Positions 1 to 8,584 of a stretch of 64,000 bases of DNA are shown here, piece after piece. Each line of letters begins with the position of its first letter. Positions within the stretch are counted from its first letter, which is position 1. The position numbers and the translations under genes are program-made. This DNA is from a bacterium (GTDB taxonomy: Bacteria; UBA8248; JACPRG01; G963555815), in the NCBI GenBank assembly GCA_965261595.1, contig CBDHDG010000006.1:1312001-1376000 (forward strand). Direction: 5' to 3'. A model generated the notes under the pieces. It did not search any database. It was not told the DNA's origin and was given only the letters and a program-made list of their open reading frames with translations.

Positions 1-1
1 G

Positions 2-334
2 TGGCTGATCGGACTGAAGGGGGGCGCGCTGTTCGCCTTGGCCGGGCTGTGGGAACGCTGGACAGCCCCGAAGGAGAGCGCGCTCAAGGGGCCGGGCGAG
101 ACGATCGAAACCTGCGCCATTCTGACGACCGCCGCCAACAAGGCGGTAGCGCCGGTCCACGACCGGATGCCCGTGATCCTGCCCCCGGAGGCGTTCGAAC
201 CGTGGTTCGCGGGCGAGACCGTCGCGCTCGGCCCCTATCCTCCGGAGGGGATGACGGTCCACCCCGTGAGCACCCTGGTCAACAAGCCCTCGAACGACGA
301 TCCCCGCTGCGTCGAGCCCGTGACCGCACCGTAA
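2..334 (+). CDS. SOS response-associated peptidase (SRAP/YedK family), 5'-truncated by window edge
   Basis: FALAGLWERW...TCAILTTAAN...HDRMPVIL...VSTLVN motifs typical of SRAP. Confidence 0.9.
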   Translation, partial: WLIGLKGGALFALAGLWERWTAPKESALKGPGETIETCAILTTAANKAVAPVHDRMPVILPPEAFEPWFAGETVALGPYPPEGMTVHPVSTLVNKPSNDDPRCVEPVTAP

Positions 335-516
335 GGCCGGGAACCCCCACGCTCTCCCCCTCTCGACCCGACGCCCGTTTGGTCCCCATCGTTTCCTTCC
401 TCTCCCCGTAAGCGCTCCTCGCCGCCGAGAGCCGGAGTCGGGCCGGGTATCGGGCGAAGGCCGGACGCCCGAGGGGGTGTCCTCCCCTCGATCTCCCTAT
501 TCCTCCGGAGTTGCCC

Positions 517-614
517 ATGACCGACACCATCACCGCCGACTACACGCTCCGTCCGAGCGAACTCGCCCACACCCTGGCCCTGCTGGTCGAGGCCCGCCAG
601 CCGGCCATCGTCTG
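517..614 (+). pseudogene. N-terminal piece of MoxR/AAA ATPase interrupted by RIT element
   Basis: ATG at 517 after GGAG, MTDTITADYTLRPSELAPTLALLVEARQPAIV. Removing 615-5643 joins it in frame to WGPPRCAKSQ. Confidence 0.85.
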
Positions 615-699
615 TAATGGCGATTCCCGCGTAATGGAGAGTGGGTGTGCTCCGGCCCCGTGGACCGCGGATTAGGGGCCGAAGCAACTTCCCATTTCT
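609..699. repeat. RIT left inverted repeat (91 bp incl. 6-bp core CGTCTG)
   Basis: Exact reverse complement of 5527-5617. Confidence 0.95.
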
Positions 700-743
700 G
701 TACGGTGCTCCTCCGCTGTTTCATCAACGAGAGGAGCAAGGCG

Positions 744-1035
744 ATGCCGTCACGCAAGACAGGAAGGAAGGCTGGATATGTCGGGGGACCGTTCGGACCG
801 TTCATTCAGGAGTTCGTGACCTACCTCAAGGAGGCGGGGCTTGGTCAGAGTCAAATTTGGAAGCTTGGCCGTGTTGCCAAGGAGGTGCTGATTTGGCTGC
901 AGGCTGACGGTGCGGCGATCGAATCAGTCGATGACGCCGTACTACGCCGATTTCGGGATGAGTACTGCCAGGAGATTCTGAAGCGACGCGAACATTCGAG
1001 GCCGGCTCAGATACGTGTAACGCTGCTAATGAATT
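744..1035 (+). pseudogene. RitA N-terminal part, separated from rest by inserted cassette
   Basis: MPSRKTG...RVTLLMN joins in frame to MNCTRWLVRF when 1036-2358 is removed. RBS GAGGAG upstream. Confidence 0.8.
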
Positions 1036-1127
1036 CGTGATTATGCCTTTGACGCAGTAAGACACAAGATATAGGTGCGATTTTGAGACACTACATGTTG
1101 TGGTTATCCAACAGGAGGGGGTCACTT

Positions 1128-1343
1128 TTAGGGACCCGTGGAACCACATATCCTCCCATTGATGATGGCTGGTGGCCCGACGTAAGAGCCCCGAATTTCG
1201 AGTGGGATGCGTTTCTTCGGCGGTTTCTTATTCCTTATCCCCATCAAGTAGAAACCCGCATAGAAGAGAAGATCAATAACCCTAGAGGCTGCTTCGGAGA
1301 TGAACCATCCAAAAACGTCAAATCCTTCATATCTAAATTCCAT
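1128..1343 (-). CDS. Small hypothetical, possibly membrane protein (cassette passenger)
   Basis: 71-aa ORF with a hydrophobic stretch, co-oriented with the other passengers. Confidence 0.4.
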   Translation of the reverse strand: MEFRYEGFDVFGWFISEAASRVIDLLFYAGFYLMGIRNKKPPKKRIPLEIRGSYVGPPAIINGRICGSTGP

Positions 1344-1412
1344 TGCCTGGGCTCTCCAAGCTGCGGGTTAATGGAACGCCACGGCTGGGGCCGTATACCC
1401 CAGCCGTGGCAC

Positions 1413-1700
1413 TTATTCACACGCGATGTCCTGTTGCGCCGATGCAATCCTCACTTCAAATTCACCGGCAAACCTGAATATCACCTTCTCAAGTTTGGGA
1501 CTATTGAGATACCTATGTTGGGGCGGGTGTTTCCTGACAAAAAATACACGCCTCCGCTTTTTGTTGAATCTTCCTCCAAGTCTCTCTACGGCCAAGTAGT
1601 CTCTGTCCTGAAGAACCTGCACCAGCAGTTTAAGTTTTCTCGGGGAGACATAGGCGGGTCGGCTAAAAGCCTTTTCCTTAAGAAAGCATTTTGCTTCCAT
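1413..1700 (-). CDS. Hypothetical protein, paralog of 1794-2144
   Basis: Shares CF, PAYV, DRD, HP, YL, FRFxGEF and terminal Cys with neighbour. RBS AAGGAGG upstream. Confidence 0.75.
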   Translation of the reverse strand: MEAKCFLKEKAFSRPAYVSPRKLKLLVQVLQDRDYLAVERLGGRFNKKRRRVFFVRKHPPQHRYLNSPKLEKVIFRFAGEFEVRIASAQQDIACE

Positions 1701-1793
1701 TGCCCCAGTCCTCCTTCAAGGTTGGGTGGTGATGGAACCGCAGCGCCAGGGGCGGGATCCCCTGGCGCTGCACTTGTAAATCTTATTTTCCAC

Positions 1794-2144
1794 CTATTTG
1801 CACGAGATGAACTCGCACAACGTCTCAAAAACCTTGAATTCCCCTTCAAAACGGAAAGTCGTAGAGCCAGGGATGCTCTTCAGGTATTGGAATCCTTTTG
1901 GATGCTCACTCACCATGAAAATACGCCATTTCTCCTTTGCGTTTCGGTATCCAAGTTTATACAAAGCTACCAAATCGCGATCGTCCAACATGCGAAGTAT
2001 GAGTTTTCTTCGTTCCAAATCCACATAAGCGGGGCTGTACACCGCACCTTTTCCGATAAAACAGGCCTTGTTGGATTCTCCAGCCATGACGGCGGAAGAT
2101 GCGATGAGGGCAGTTGTAAGTATGCAACCGCCGATAGTACGCAT
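1794..2144 (-). CDS. Hypothetical secreted protein (signal peptide), paralog of 1413-1700
   Basis: MRTIGGCILTTALIASSAVMA signal-like N-terminus. Aligned motifs with downstream ORF. Confidence 0.75.
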   Translation of the reverse strand: MRTIGGCILTTALIASSAVMAGESNKACFIGKGAVYSPAYVDLERRKLILRMLDDRDLVALYKLGYRNAKEKWRIFMVSEHPKGFQYLKSIPGSTTFRFEGEFKVFETLCEFISCK

Positions 2145-2351
2145 GGGCAGACCCCCAGAAAATCGAGGTTGACACGGGCTTGGGGATTTGCTACAAGGAG
2201 GGTCTGTGAGGTCCTCTCTTGTAGCAACGCCCCGGGGTTCCCTCGGGGCTTCCACCCTTTGAAGTTCCATATACCACATGTAGTGGGTCGGATTCAATTT
2301 TCGAGGGACCACCATATCTTGTGTCTTACTGCGTCAAGGGCATAATCACGA

Positions 2352-3611
2352 ATGAATTGCACTCGCTGGCTCGTCCGGTTCGCCGAGCACACCGGTCGTG
2401 TCCGGCATCCTGGCGAGCTCGCCGACGGTTTATGCCTCCTCGATGAGTATCTCGCTGAGTTGGGCGGCGAAGGCTATAGGCCCCGGGCGCTCAAGTCCTA
2501 TCACTACAGATGCCACCACTTTCTGACCTGGCTCCACCAGTGCCGTATTCCTTTGGCGGAGGTGAACGCCAGCACCCTGGAACGGTTTGTCGACCATGAC
2601 TGTGTCTGCCCGTGGAGGATGCGCAACATAGAAAAACGGAAGTCTCGGCATATCGGCTCCATCAAGGCGTTTCTACGGTTCCTCTTCACCAGCGGGGTGA
2701 TGCCGGACGCTTTCCCTGTCGAAGATTCCGGCGCCGCAATGTCGGGGTTCCGTTCATGGCTCCGCCGGCATCGCGGCATCGGGGACGTCACCATTCGCAA
2801 GTATGTGAAGACCCTCTCTTTGTTCTTGCCCGAGCTGGGAGATGATTCTCGGCACTACGACGCGGCTCTCATCATGGATGTCATGTTGAGCCGTTTCACG
2901 AAGATCGCGCCGGAATACGCGCGGGAGATGACGAAAGCCCTGCGCATGTATCTGCGATTCCTCGCCTCGAATGGAGCGTGTCGACCGGAACTCGTCAACG
3001 CCGTGCCATCGGTGCCGCAATGGAGACTTGCGACCCTCCCCCGCTACATCCCAACCGATGATATCGAACGGGTGATCGCGTCGTGCAACGCCAGGACAGC
3101 GGCGGGAGTTCGCGACCGGGCGGTCTTGCTGCTTCTGGCCAGGCTGGCGCTTCGCGGAGGCGACATCTGCGAGCTGCGGTTGGACGACATCGATTGGACA
3201 AAGGCCCTCGTCAAGGTCAGCGGGAAGTCCAAGAGATCGGTTCAGTTGCCGCTTCCCCAGGATGCCGGAGACGCGATCCTCGACTACATCGAGAAGGCAC
3301 GGCCTCGAATCGATGAGAGCAAGTTGTTCCTGCGGGTGCTGGCGCCGCATGTGCCATTCCGTTCTTCCAGAGTTGTTACCCACATCGTGTGTCGAGCTCT
3401 GGATCGAGCAGGAATGCACGAGGCGAGTCCGAGGGGCGCCCAACTGTTCCGGCACTCCACGGCGACCGGTCTGCTGCGGTCCGGAGCCTCGCTGGAGACT
3501 GTCGGCACGTTGCTGAGGCACCGCTTGCCGAACACCACCGCGATCTACGCCAAGGTCAATGTCCCCATGCTCCAGGAAGTGGCGCAGCCCTGGATAGGAG
3601 ACGTCCAATGA
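2352..3611 (+). CDS. RitA tyrosine recombinase (C-terminal 419 aa)
   Basis: RDRAVLLLLARLALRGGDI, KVSGK, QLFRHSTAT, LRH...TTAIYAKV. Confidence 0.9.
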   Translation: MNCTRWLVRFAEHTGRVRHPGELADGLCLLDEYLAELGGEGYRPRALKSYHYRCHHFLTWLHQCRIPLAEVNASTLERFVDHDCVCPWRMRNIEKRKSRHIGSIKAFLRFLFTSGVMPDAFPVEDSGAAMSGFRSWLRRHRGIGDVTIRKYVKTLSLFLPELGDDSRHYDAALIMDVMLSRFTKIAPEYAREMTKALRMYLRFLASNGACRPELVNAVPSVPQWRLATLPRYIPTDDIERVIASCNARTAAGVRDRAVLLLLARLALRGGDICELRLDDIDWTKALVKVSGKSKRSVQLPLPQDAGDAILDYIEKARPRIDESKLFLRVLAPHVPFRSSRVVTHIVCRALDRAGMHEASPRGAQLFRHSTATGLLRSGASLETVGTLLRHRLPNTTAIYAKVNVPMLQEVAQPWIGDVQ

Positions 3612-4531
3612 ACATGATCGACAACGTGGAGCGGTACATCACCTTCAAGCGCCATCTGGGGTTCAAGTTCGTCGAGGACGCTCGGACACTGCGAGCTTTT
3701 GCGCATGAGGCCGTCGCCTGCAGCGATGGCTTCATCCGAGCCGCCTCGGTGATCGCTTGGGCCCGCAAGACATCGACAGCTGGCCAAGCACGCATCCGCC
3801 TGCGAATGGTTCGTGGCTTGGCCGTGTGGCTTCACGCTGAGGACCAACGCCACGAGGTTCCCTCGCCGGTTGCCCTCGGCCGAGTGCCGGTGAGGAGATC
3901 CTCCCCTCATCTCCTGAGCGCGGTCCAGGTCAAGGAGATCATGGACGCGGCGTTGTTAATGAGAAGCACAGGTCCGCTCAACGGTTATACGTACCACTAC
4001 ATGATCGGGCTGCTTGCCTCGACGGGATTGCGTCTCTCGGAAGGGCTCGCCTTGAAGCTGACCGACATCACCCCCGATGGGCTGGTGGTCAGACAATCCA
4101 AGCTCGGAAAATCGCGGTTGGTTCCCCTTCACGAGAGTACGAGCAACGCGCTGAGCGAGTATCTTGAGATCAGGATGCGCAAGGGCGGATGCCACGAACA
4201 CCTGTTCGTTCTCTCCAACGGCAAACCCCCTCATCACAGCACTCTCTCGAAGATCTTCCTCAGACTCGCCAGGCAACTCGGCTACCGCGGTAGTCCAGGG
4301 GAGCCGGGTACGCGACTGCACGATTTGCGACATGGATTCGCCACGCGTTCGCTTGAGAACGCAGTCGCGGTCGATCGCGACAGCGTCAGCCGACACGTCC
4401 TGGCGTTATCCACCTATCTCGGTCACGTCAGCATGGCCTCGACCTACTGGTATCTGGAAGCTACGCCCGTCCTGCTCCGGGAGATCGCCCGCGCTGCTGA
4501 AAACACACATGTGGGGAGGATCTTGAGATGA
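3608..4531 (+). CDS. RitB tyrosine recombinase
   Basis: TGLRLSE, SKLGKSRLVPLH, HDLRHGFA, LSTYLGH...TYWYL (RitB-type). ATGA overlap with ritA. Confidence 0.92.
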   Translation: MNMIDNVERYITFKRHLGFKFVEDARTLRAFAHEAVACSDGFIRAASVIAWARKTSTAGQARIRLRMVRGLAVWLHAEDQRHEVPSPVALGRVPVRRSSPHLLSAVQVKEIMDAALLMRSTGPLNGYTYHYMIGLLASTGLRLSEGLALKLTDITPDGLVVRQSKLGKSRLVPLHESTSNALSEYLEIRMRKGGCHEHLFVLSNGKPPHHSTLSKIFLRLARQLGYRGSPGEPGTRLHDLRHGFATRSLENAVAVDRDSVSRHVLALSTYLGHVSMASTYWYLEATPVLLREIARAAENTHVGRILR

Positions 4532-5528
4532 CCGCGCTTTCCCCCCATATCAGCAAGTTCCTGTACGAATATCTGCCGCGCGATCGTGGCGCGAGTCAGC
4601 ATACTATCGATAGTTACTCGGTGAGCTTCCTACAGCTCATTGACTTCGCCGAAAACAGGCTTCGCGTTCGGGCTTGTACGCTCACGATCGAGCAGTTGAC
4701 GGCCGAAGTCATCCTCGACTTCCTCGAACACCTGGAACGGGACCGCGGAAACACGATTGGAACACGCAATGTACGACTGGCCGCGATTAAATCCTTCTTC
4801 CGATTCCTTGAGCATCGGGCGCCGGCATGTCTTCACTTGGCAGCCCAAGTCCACGCGATTCCGCTTAAGCGCCGCAATCAACCATTGGTCGACTACCTCG
4901 ACCACAATGAAGTACAGGCCGTGCTTGAAGCACCGGATCCGTCGACGCGTGCGGGGATACGCGACCGCGCGATGCTCCACCTTGCCTATGCGGCTGGACT
5001 GCGAGTGTCGGAGTTGGTGGGCGTTACATGCCACGATCTCGAGCAACCCGGTCTCAACCTCGTCCGCATCCGCGGAAAGGGGCGCCGCGAACGCGTACTC
5101 CCACTGTGGGCGCAGACACGATCGGTGCTCCGGGACTGGCTCGCGATACGTCCTGAGGCGACCAGCCCCTACCTGTTCCTCAACGCCCGCGGGGTGGTCA
5201 TGACCCGCCACGGCTTCGCTCACCGTCTGAAGCGGCATGCGGACACTGCTCGGCGATCAGTACGTCGATTGCCACCAAGCGCATCACCCCCCACGTGCTT
5301 CGGCACAGCTGCGCCATGAATACCTACGAATCCGTCGGCGACATCCGCAAAGTCTCGACCTGGTTGGGTCATGCAAGCGTCCAAAGTACGGAGATCTATG
5401 TCCGGGCAGATACATTGGAAAAGCTCGACATACTTGCTGCACGACGGCCTCCGTCGATCCGCAAGGGGGTCTTCATCGATGCTAGGGACCGGTTGATGAG
5501 GATACTGAACGAAGACAAGCTGAAATAG
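4528..5528 (+). CDS. RitC tyrosine recombinase, 1-bp frameshift near 5263
   Basis: GLRVSEL, GKGRRER, then shifted frame gives ITPHVLRHSCAM, WLGHASVQSTEIY. Confidence 0.88.
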
Positions 5529-5617
5529 AAATGGGAAGTTGCTTCGGCCCCTAATCCGCGGTCCACGGGGCCGGAGCACACCCACTCTCCATTACGCGGG
5601 AATCGCCATTACAGACG
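5527..5617. repeat. RIT right inverted repeat (91 bp)
   Basis: Exact reverse complement of 609-699. Confidence 0.95.
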
Positions 5618-5643
5618 TAATGTTGAGCTCAACATTACGTCTG
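5612..5643. repeat. Perfect 32-bp palindrome (CAGACG-TAATGTTGAGCTCAACATTA-CGTCTG) at RIT right junction
   Basis: Read directly from sequence. Confidence 0.95.
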
Positions 5644-6565
5644 GGGGCCGCCCAGGTGCGCCAAGTCCCAAATCGCCCAACAGGTGGCCGCCGACGCAGG
5701 ACGCGAGTACATCGACGTCCGGGCCCTCCTGCTCGACCCCGTGGACCTGCGCGGCATACCCTGGCGCGACGGTTCGGACCGCACCCGCTGGGCCCCCCCG
5801 GCCTTCCTGCCGCCCTCGGATCGGGACGGCCGCTGGCTCGTCAACCTGGAGGAGCTGCCCTCGGCCGCGCCCATGGCCCAGGCGGCCCTGTACCAGCTCG
5901 TGCTCGACCGGCGCTGCGGCGAGTACGAGCTCCCCGACGGCGCCTCGCTCATCGCCTGCGGCAACCGGGAGACCGATCGGGGCGTCACCCACAGGATGCC
6001 GACTCCGCTGGCCTCCAGATTCGTTCACCTGGAGATCCGCGTGGACGTTCCGGACTGGTGCGCCTGGGGAGCGGCCCACGGCATCGCGCCCGAGGTGCTC
6101 TTCTTCATCCAGATGCGGCCCGAGCTGCTGCACCAGTTCGACCCGCAGTCGCGGGAGAAGGCCTTTCCCTGGTCGCCATATTGGGAGTTCGTCTCCAACA
6201 TCGTGCGCCAAAGGAACGGTCTCGATGCCGCCTCCGGGCGCGCCCTGTTCCGGGGGGCCGTGGGCGAGGCCGCCGCGGTGGAGTTTTCGGCCTTTCTCAA
6301 GGTCTGGCGGGAGCTGCCCCACCCCAAGGCCGTGATCGACGATCCCGAGAACGCGGCCATCCCCGACAACGCCAGCGCCCTGATCGCCCTCTGCGCCTCC
6401 CTCTACAGATTGGCCGACGACATCAACCTGGGGTCCATCGTCACCTACGCCAAGAGACTCAGGCGCGAGGTCGGCGAGTTCCTCGTGGGCTCCTGCATCC
6501 GCCGCAACCCGGACCTTCAGCACAGTCCCGCCTTCATCCAGTGGGCCGCCGCCAAAATCCGGTGA
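5638..6565 (+). pseudogene. MoxR/AAA ATPase, main part
   Basis: Walker A-like WGPPRCAKS, DPVDLRGIP, Walker B LVNLEEL, ACGNR, LASRFVHLE. Confidence 0.88.
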
Positions 6566-6590
6566 CACCCCATTTCGGAGATCAAACACC

Positions 6591-6711
6591 ATGAACCTCA
6601 CCCATGATGCGATGCTCGTGAGCCTCCGGATCAACGCCTGGTCCGGCAGGCTCTACGACCGCCAGGCCAGCCGTCACGTGGCCATCCATCACGACGCCAG
6701 CGCTAGCGCCG
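6591..6711 (+). pseudogene. N-terminus of DUF3150-like protein truncated by IS3
   Basis: MLVSLRINAWSGRLYD resembles the gene usually found after these AAA ATPases. Cut at IS end. Confidence 0.5.
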
Positions 6712-6757
6712 TGGATCGCCCCTGGGTTATTGGACACTCGGGTGAGGGTATTCGACC

Positions 6758-7666
6758 TCATGCGGCCTCCGCAACTTGAGCGAGTTTTTCCTGCCTTGCC
6801 TGGGCCGGCGTTCGGTAGCCGTAGCCCTCGAGAATCCAATGATGGTTGTACAGGTTCTTGAACTCAAGCAGCGCCCACCGCAGTTCCTCTACGGTGGCGA
6901 AAGAGCGCACCCACAGGAGATTCTCCTTCAAGATGCGGATGAACCACTCACAGTAGCCATTTCCCTCGGGCGCCCGCACGAAGCTGGGCGAACTGGTCAT
7001 GCCCAGGTAGGCGATCTCCCGCTGAAAGTCATCGGACAGATAGGCGGGTCCGTGGTCGTGACGAACTTTAAGCCCCTCGGCGACGTCCGCCTCCAAGCCG
7101 GCGAAGCGCTCGGCGACCCCCTGCCGGATCGGCTCCAGGGCCTCGAAGCGGTTGCCGCTCTTGGCCGCATGGATCCCCACGCAGTCCACCGAGCAGTGAT
7201 CCACCGCCACGAACACCGAGGCCATCCCCTCCTCGGTGGTCACCGTCGTCGTCATGTCCGTGCCCCACATTCGGTCGGGCCGCTCGGTGCGGATGGTCCC
7301 GTTGTGGGCCTTGGGACCTCGGGGTTTGCCCACCCGGTGGGGGGCCTGAAGCCCCGCCTCCCGCATCAGGCGACGCACCCGCTCCTTGCTGGTGCGGATG
7401 CCCGCGAAGCGCAGCCTCGCCCACACCTTGCGGTAGCCCTCGCCATGGAAGGGAGAGTCCTCCAGGACCTGCCGGATGTGGCCGAGGAGTTCCGCATCGG
7501 TGCACGGGCCCACAGGGCCGCGCTTATTGGGCGTGGGGCGTTCATGAACGGGGACCGCCTCTCGCCGCCGTTGCGCGTAGACCGTGGAGCGCGCCAAGCC
7601 TCAAAGGGCGCACACCCGCTTCAGGCCGTAGGCTCTGCCCGTGGAGGTGAAGCGGGCCTGACTCAT
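6758..7666 (-). CDS. IS3 OrfB transposase (DDE/rve)
   Basis: GYRKVWARL, WGTD, HDHG, PEGNG..E.FIRILKE. Start approximate (fusion with orfA). Confidence 0.9.
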
Positions 7667-8049
7667 CGCCTCCACCTCCTGCCGGCTAAAGGGCGGCCGG
7701 CCTCCAGGCGGTCGATCTTCTCCCGCAGGACCTCGCCCTCCATCGTGAGTTCGCCCACCTTGGCCTTGAGCCGGGCGTTCTCCTCGTCCCGCTCATCCGC
7801 CGGGCGGGCTTTGAGCGCCGCCTCGCCCCCGCGAAGGAACGCCTCGCGCCAGGCGGAAAGCCGAGCCGCTGTCGTGCCCAACTCGCGGCAGAGCGTCTCC
7901 AGGCTCTCGCCCCGCAAAAGACGCATGACCGCCTCCCGCTTGCGCTGGCAGGAGAACCGACTCCGCTCACTGCGATGCCCTGGGGCCTTGGCTCCGTTCG
8001 CCCTACGGGCGCCCTCCGCCAAAGCCCCCTCTTGCTTTTGTTCGTTCAT
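7663..8049 (-). CDS. IS3 OrfA (HTH)
   Basis: KREAVMRLLRGESLETLCRELG...WREAFLRGG, ENARLKAKVGELTM. Confidence 0.88.
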   Translation of the reverse strand: MNEQKQEGALAEGARRANGAKAPGHRSERSRFSCQRKREAVMRLLRGESLETLCRELGTTAARLSAWREAFLRGGEAALKARPADERDEENARLKAKVGELTMEGEVLREKIDRLEAGRPLAGRRWRR

Positions 8050-8115
8050 CGCGACACCCCTTTCTCCATGAATCATGGATCAATCGAGTGTCCAACAAAA
8101 CCCTAGAGCGGGGGA

Positions 8116-8150
8116 CCTGGGGCGAGCGCATCGACATCAAGATGGCGTGA
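8116..8150 (+). pseudogene. Extreme C-terminus of a probable DUF2201/VWA-like protein
   Basis: WGERIDIKMA-stop directly after the IS. Resembles the end of the VWA-like gene of AAA/DUF3150/VWA operons. Confidence 0.35.
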
Positions 8151-8341
8151 GTGTGGGACGGTGCACCGTTTCCCGCCCTGTCCCCCGCTTGGCCGGCGCG
8201 TCCATTCACCGGCCGGTTTCCCGAACACGCCGATCCCCGCCGCGAGACCGAGGCCGGGCGGCGGCCGGGCGAAGCGCGGGCGCTGAGGCGAGGCAGGCGC
8301 CATGCCCCGGCCCCGCGCGCCGTCCCAACGGAGGAACCGCC

Positions 8342-8584
8342 ATGACCGATACCAACATCACGGAGGAGCACCGACGGGCCTTCTCGGCCCTGACCAGTGG
8401 CGACTGCCGGAACTTCGCGCTTTTTTCCTGCTTCTGTGACGGCCGGCCCACGGCGGCCATCGCCGCGGTGACCGTCCACCCGCCTGCCCACGAAGACGGC
8501 GAGGCGGAATACCGCGTCAGCCCGCTGTTCATCAGCCTCACGCCGGACATGATATTAACCGACCATGACGGGCGCGAGGCATGA
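8342..8584 (+). CDS. Small hypothetical protein (DUF6117-like)
   Basis: GGAGG RBS. NFALFSCFCDGRPTAAIAAV...PLF. ATGA overlap with next gene. Confidence 0.7.
   Translation: MTDTNITEEHRRAFSALTSGDCRNFALFSCFCDGRPTAAIAAVTVHPPAHEDGEAEYRVSPLFISLTPDMILTDHDGREA

Larger units (their letters stand above)
1036..2350. mobile_element. Non-autonomous IS1595-like insertion cassette (no transposase, passenger genes)
   Basis: About 36-bp near-perfect terminal IRs CGTGATTATGCC(T/C)TTGACGCAGTAAGACACAAGATAT. 8-bp target duplication AATGAATT at 1028-1035 and 2351-2358. GC lower than flanks. Confidence 0.88.
615..5611 (+). mobile_element. RIT element (three overlapping tyrosine recombinase genes)
   Basis: Three co-oriented Int genes with ATGA overlaps. 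Perfect 91-bp inverted repeats 609-699 / 5527-5617. Interrupts an AAA ATPase gene. Confidence 0.92.
6712..8115 (-). mobile_element. IS3-family insertion sequence
   Basis: orfA/orfB. Imperfect IRs sharing GGGTT...TTGGACACTCG at 6724-6740 and 8085-8103. No target duplication, right boundary approximate. Confidence 0.85.

Noticed and set aside
1083..2345. 420-aa plus-strand ORF as the cassette transposase
   Set aside because: No DDE or Zn-ribbon motifs. It is the antisense shadow of the paralogous minus-strand genes
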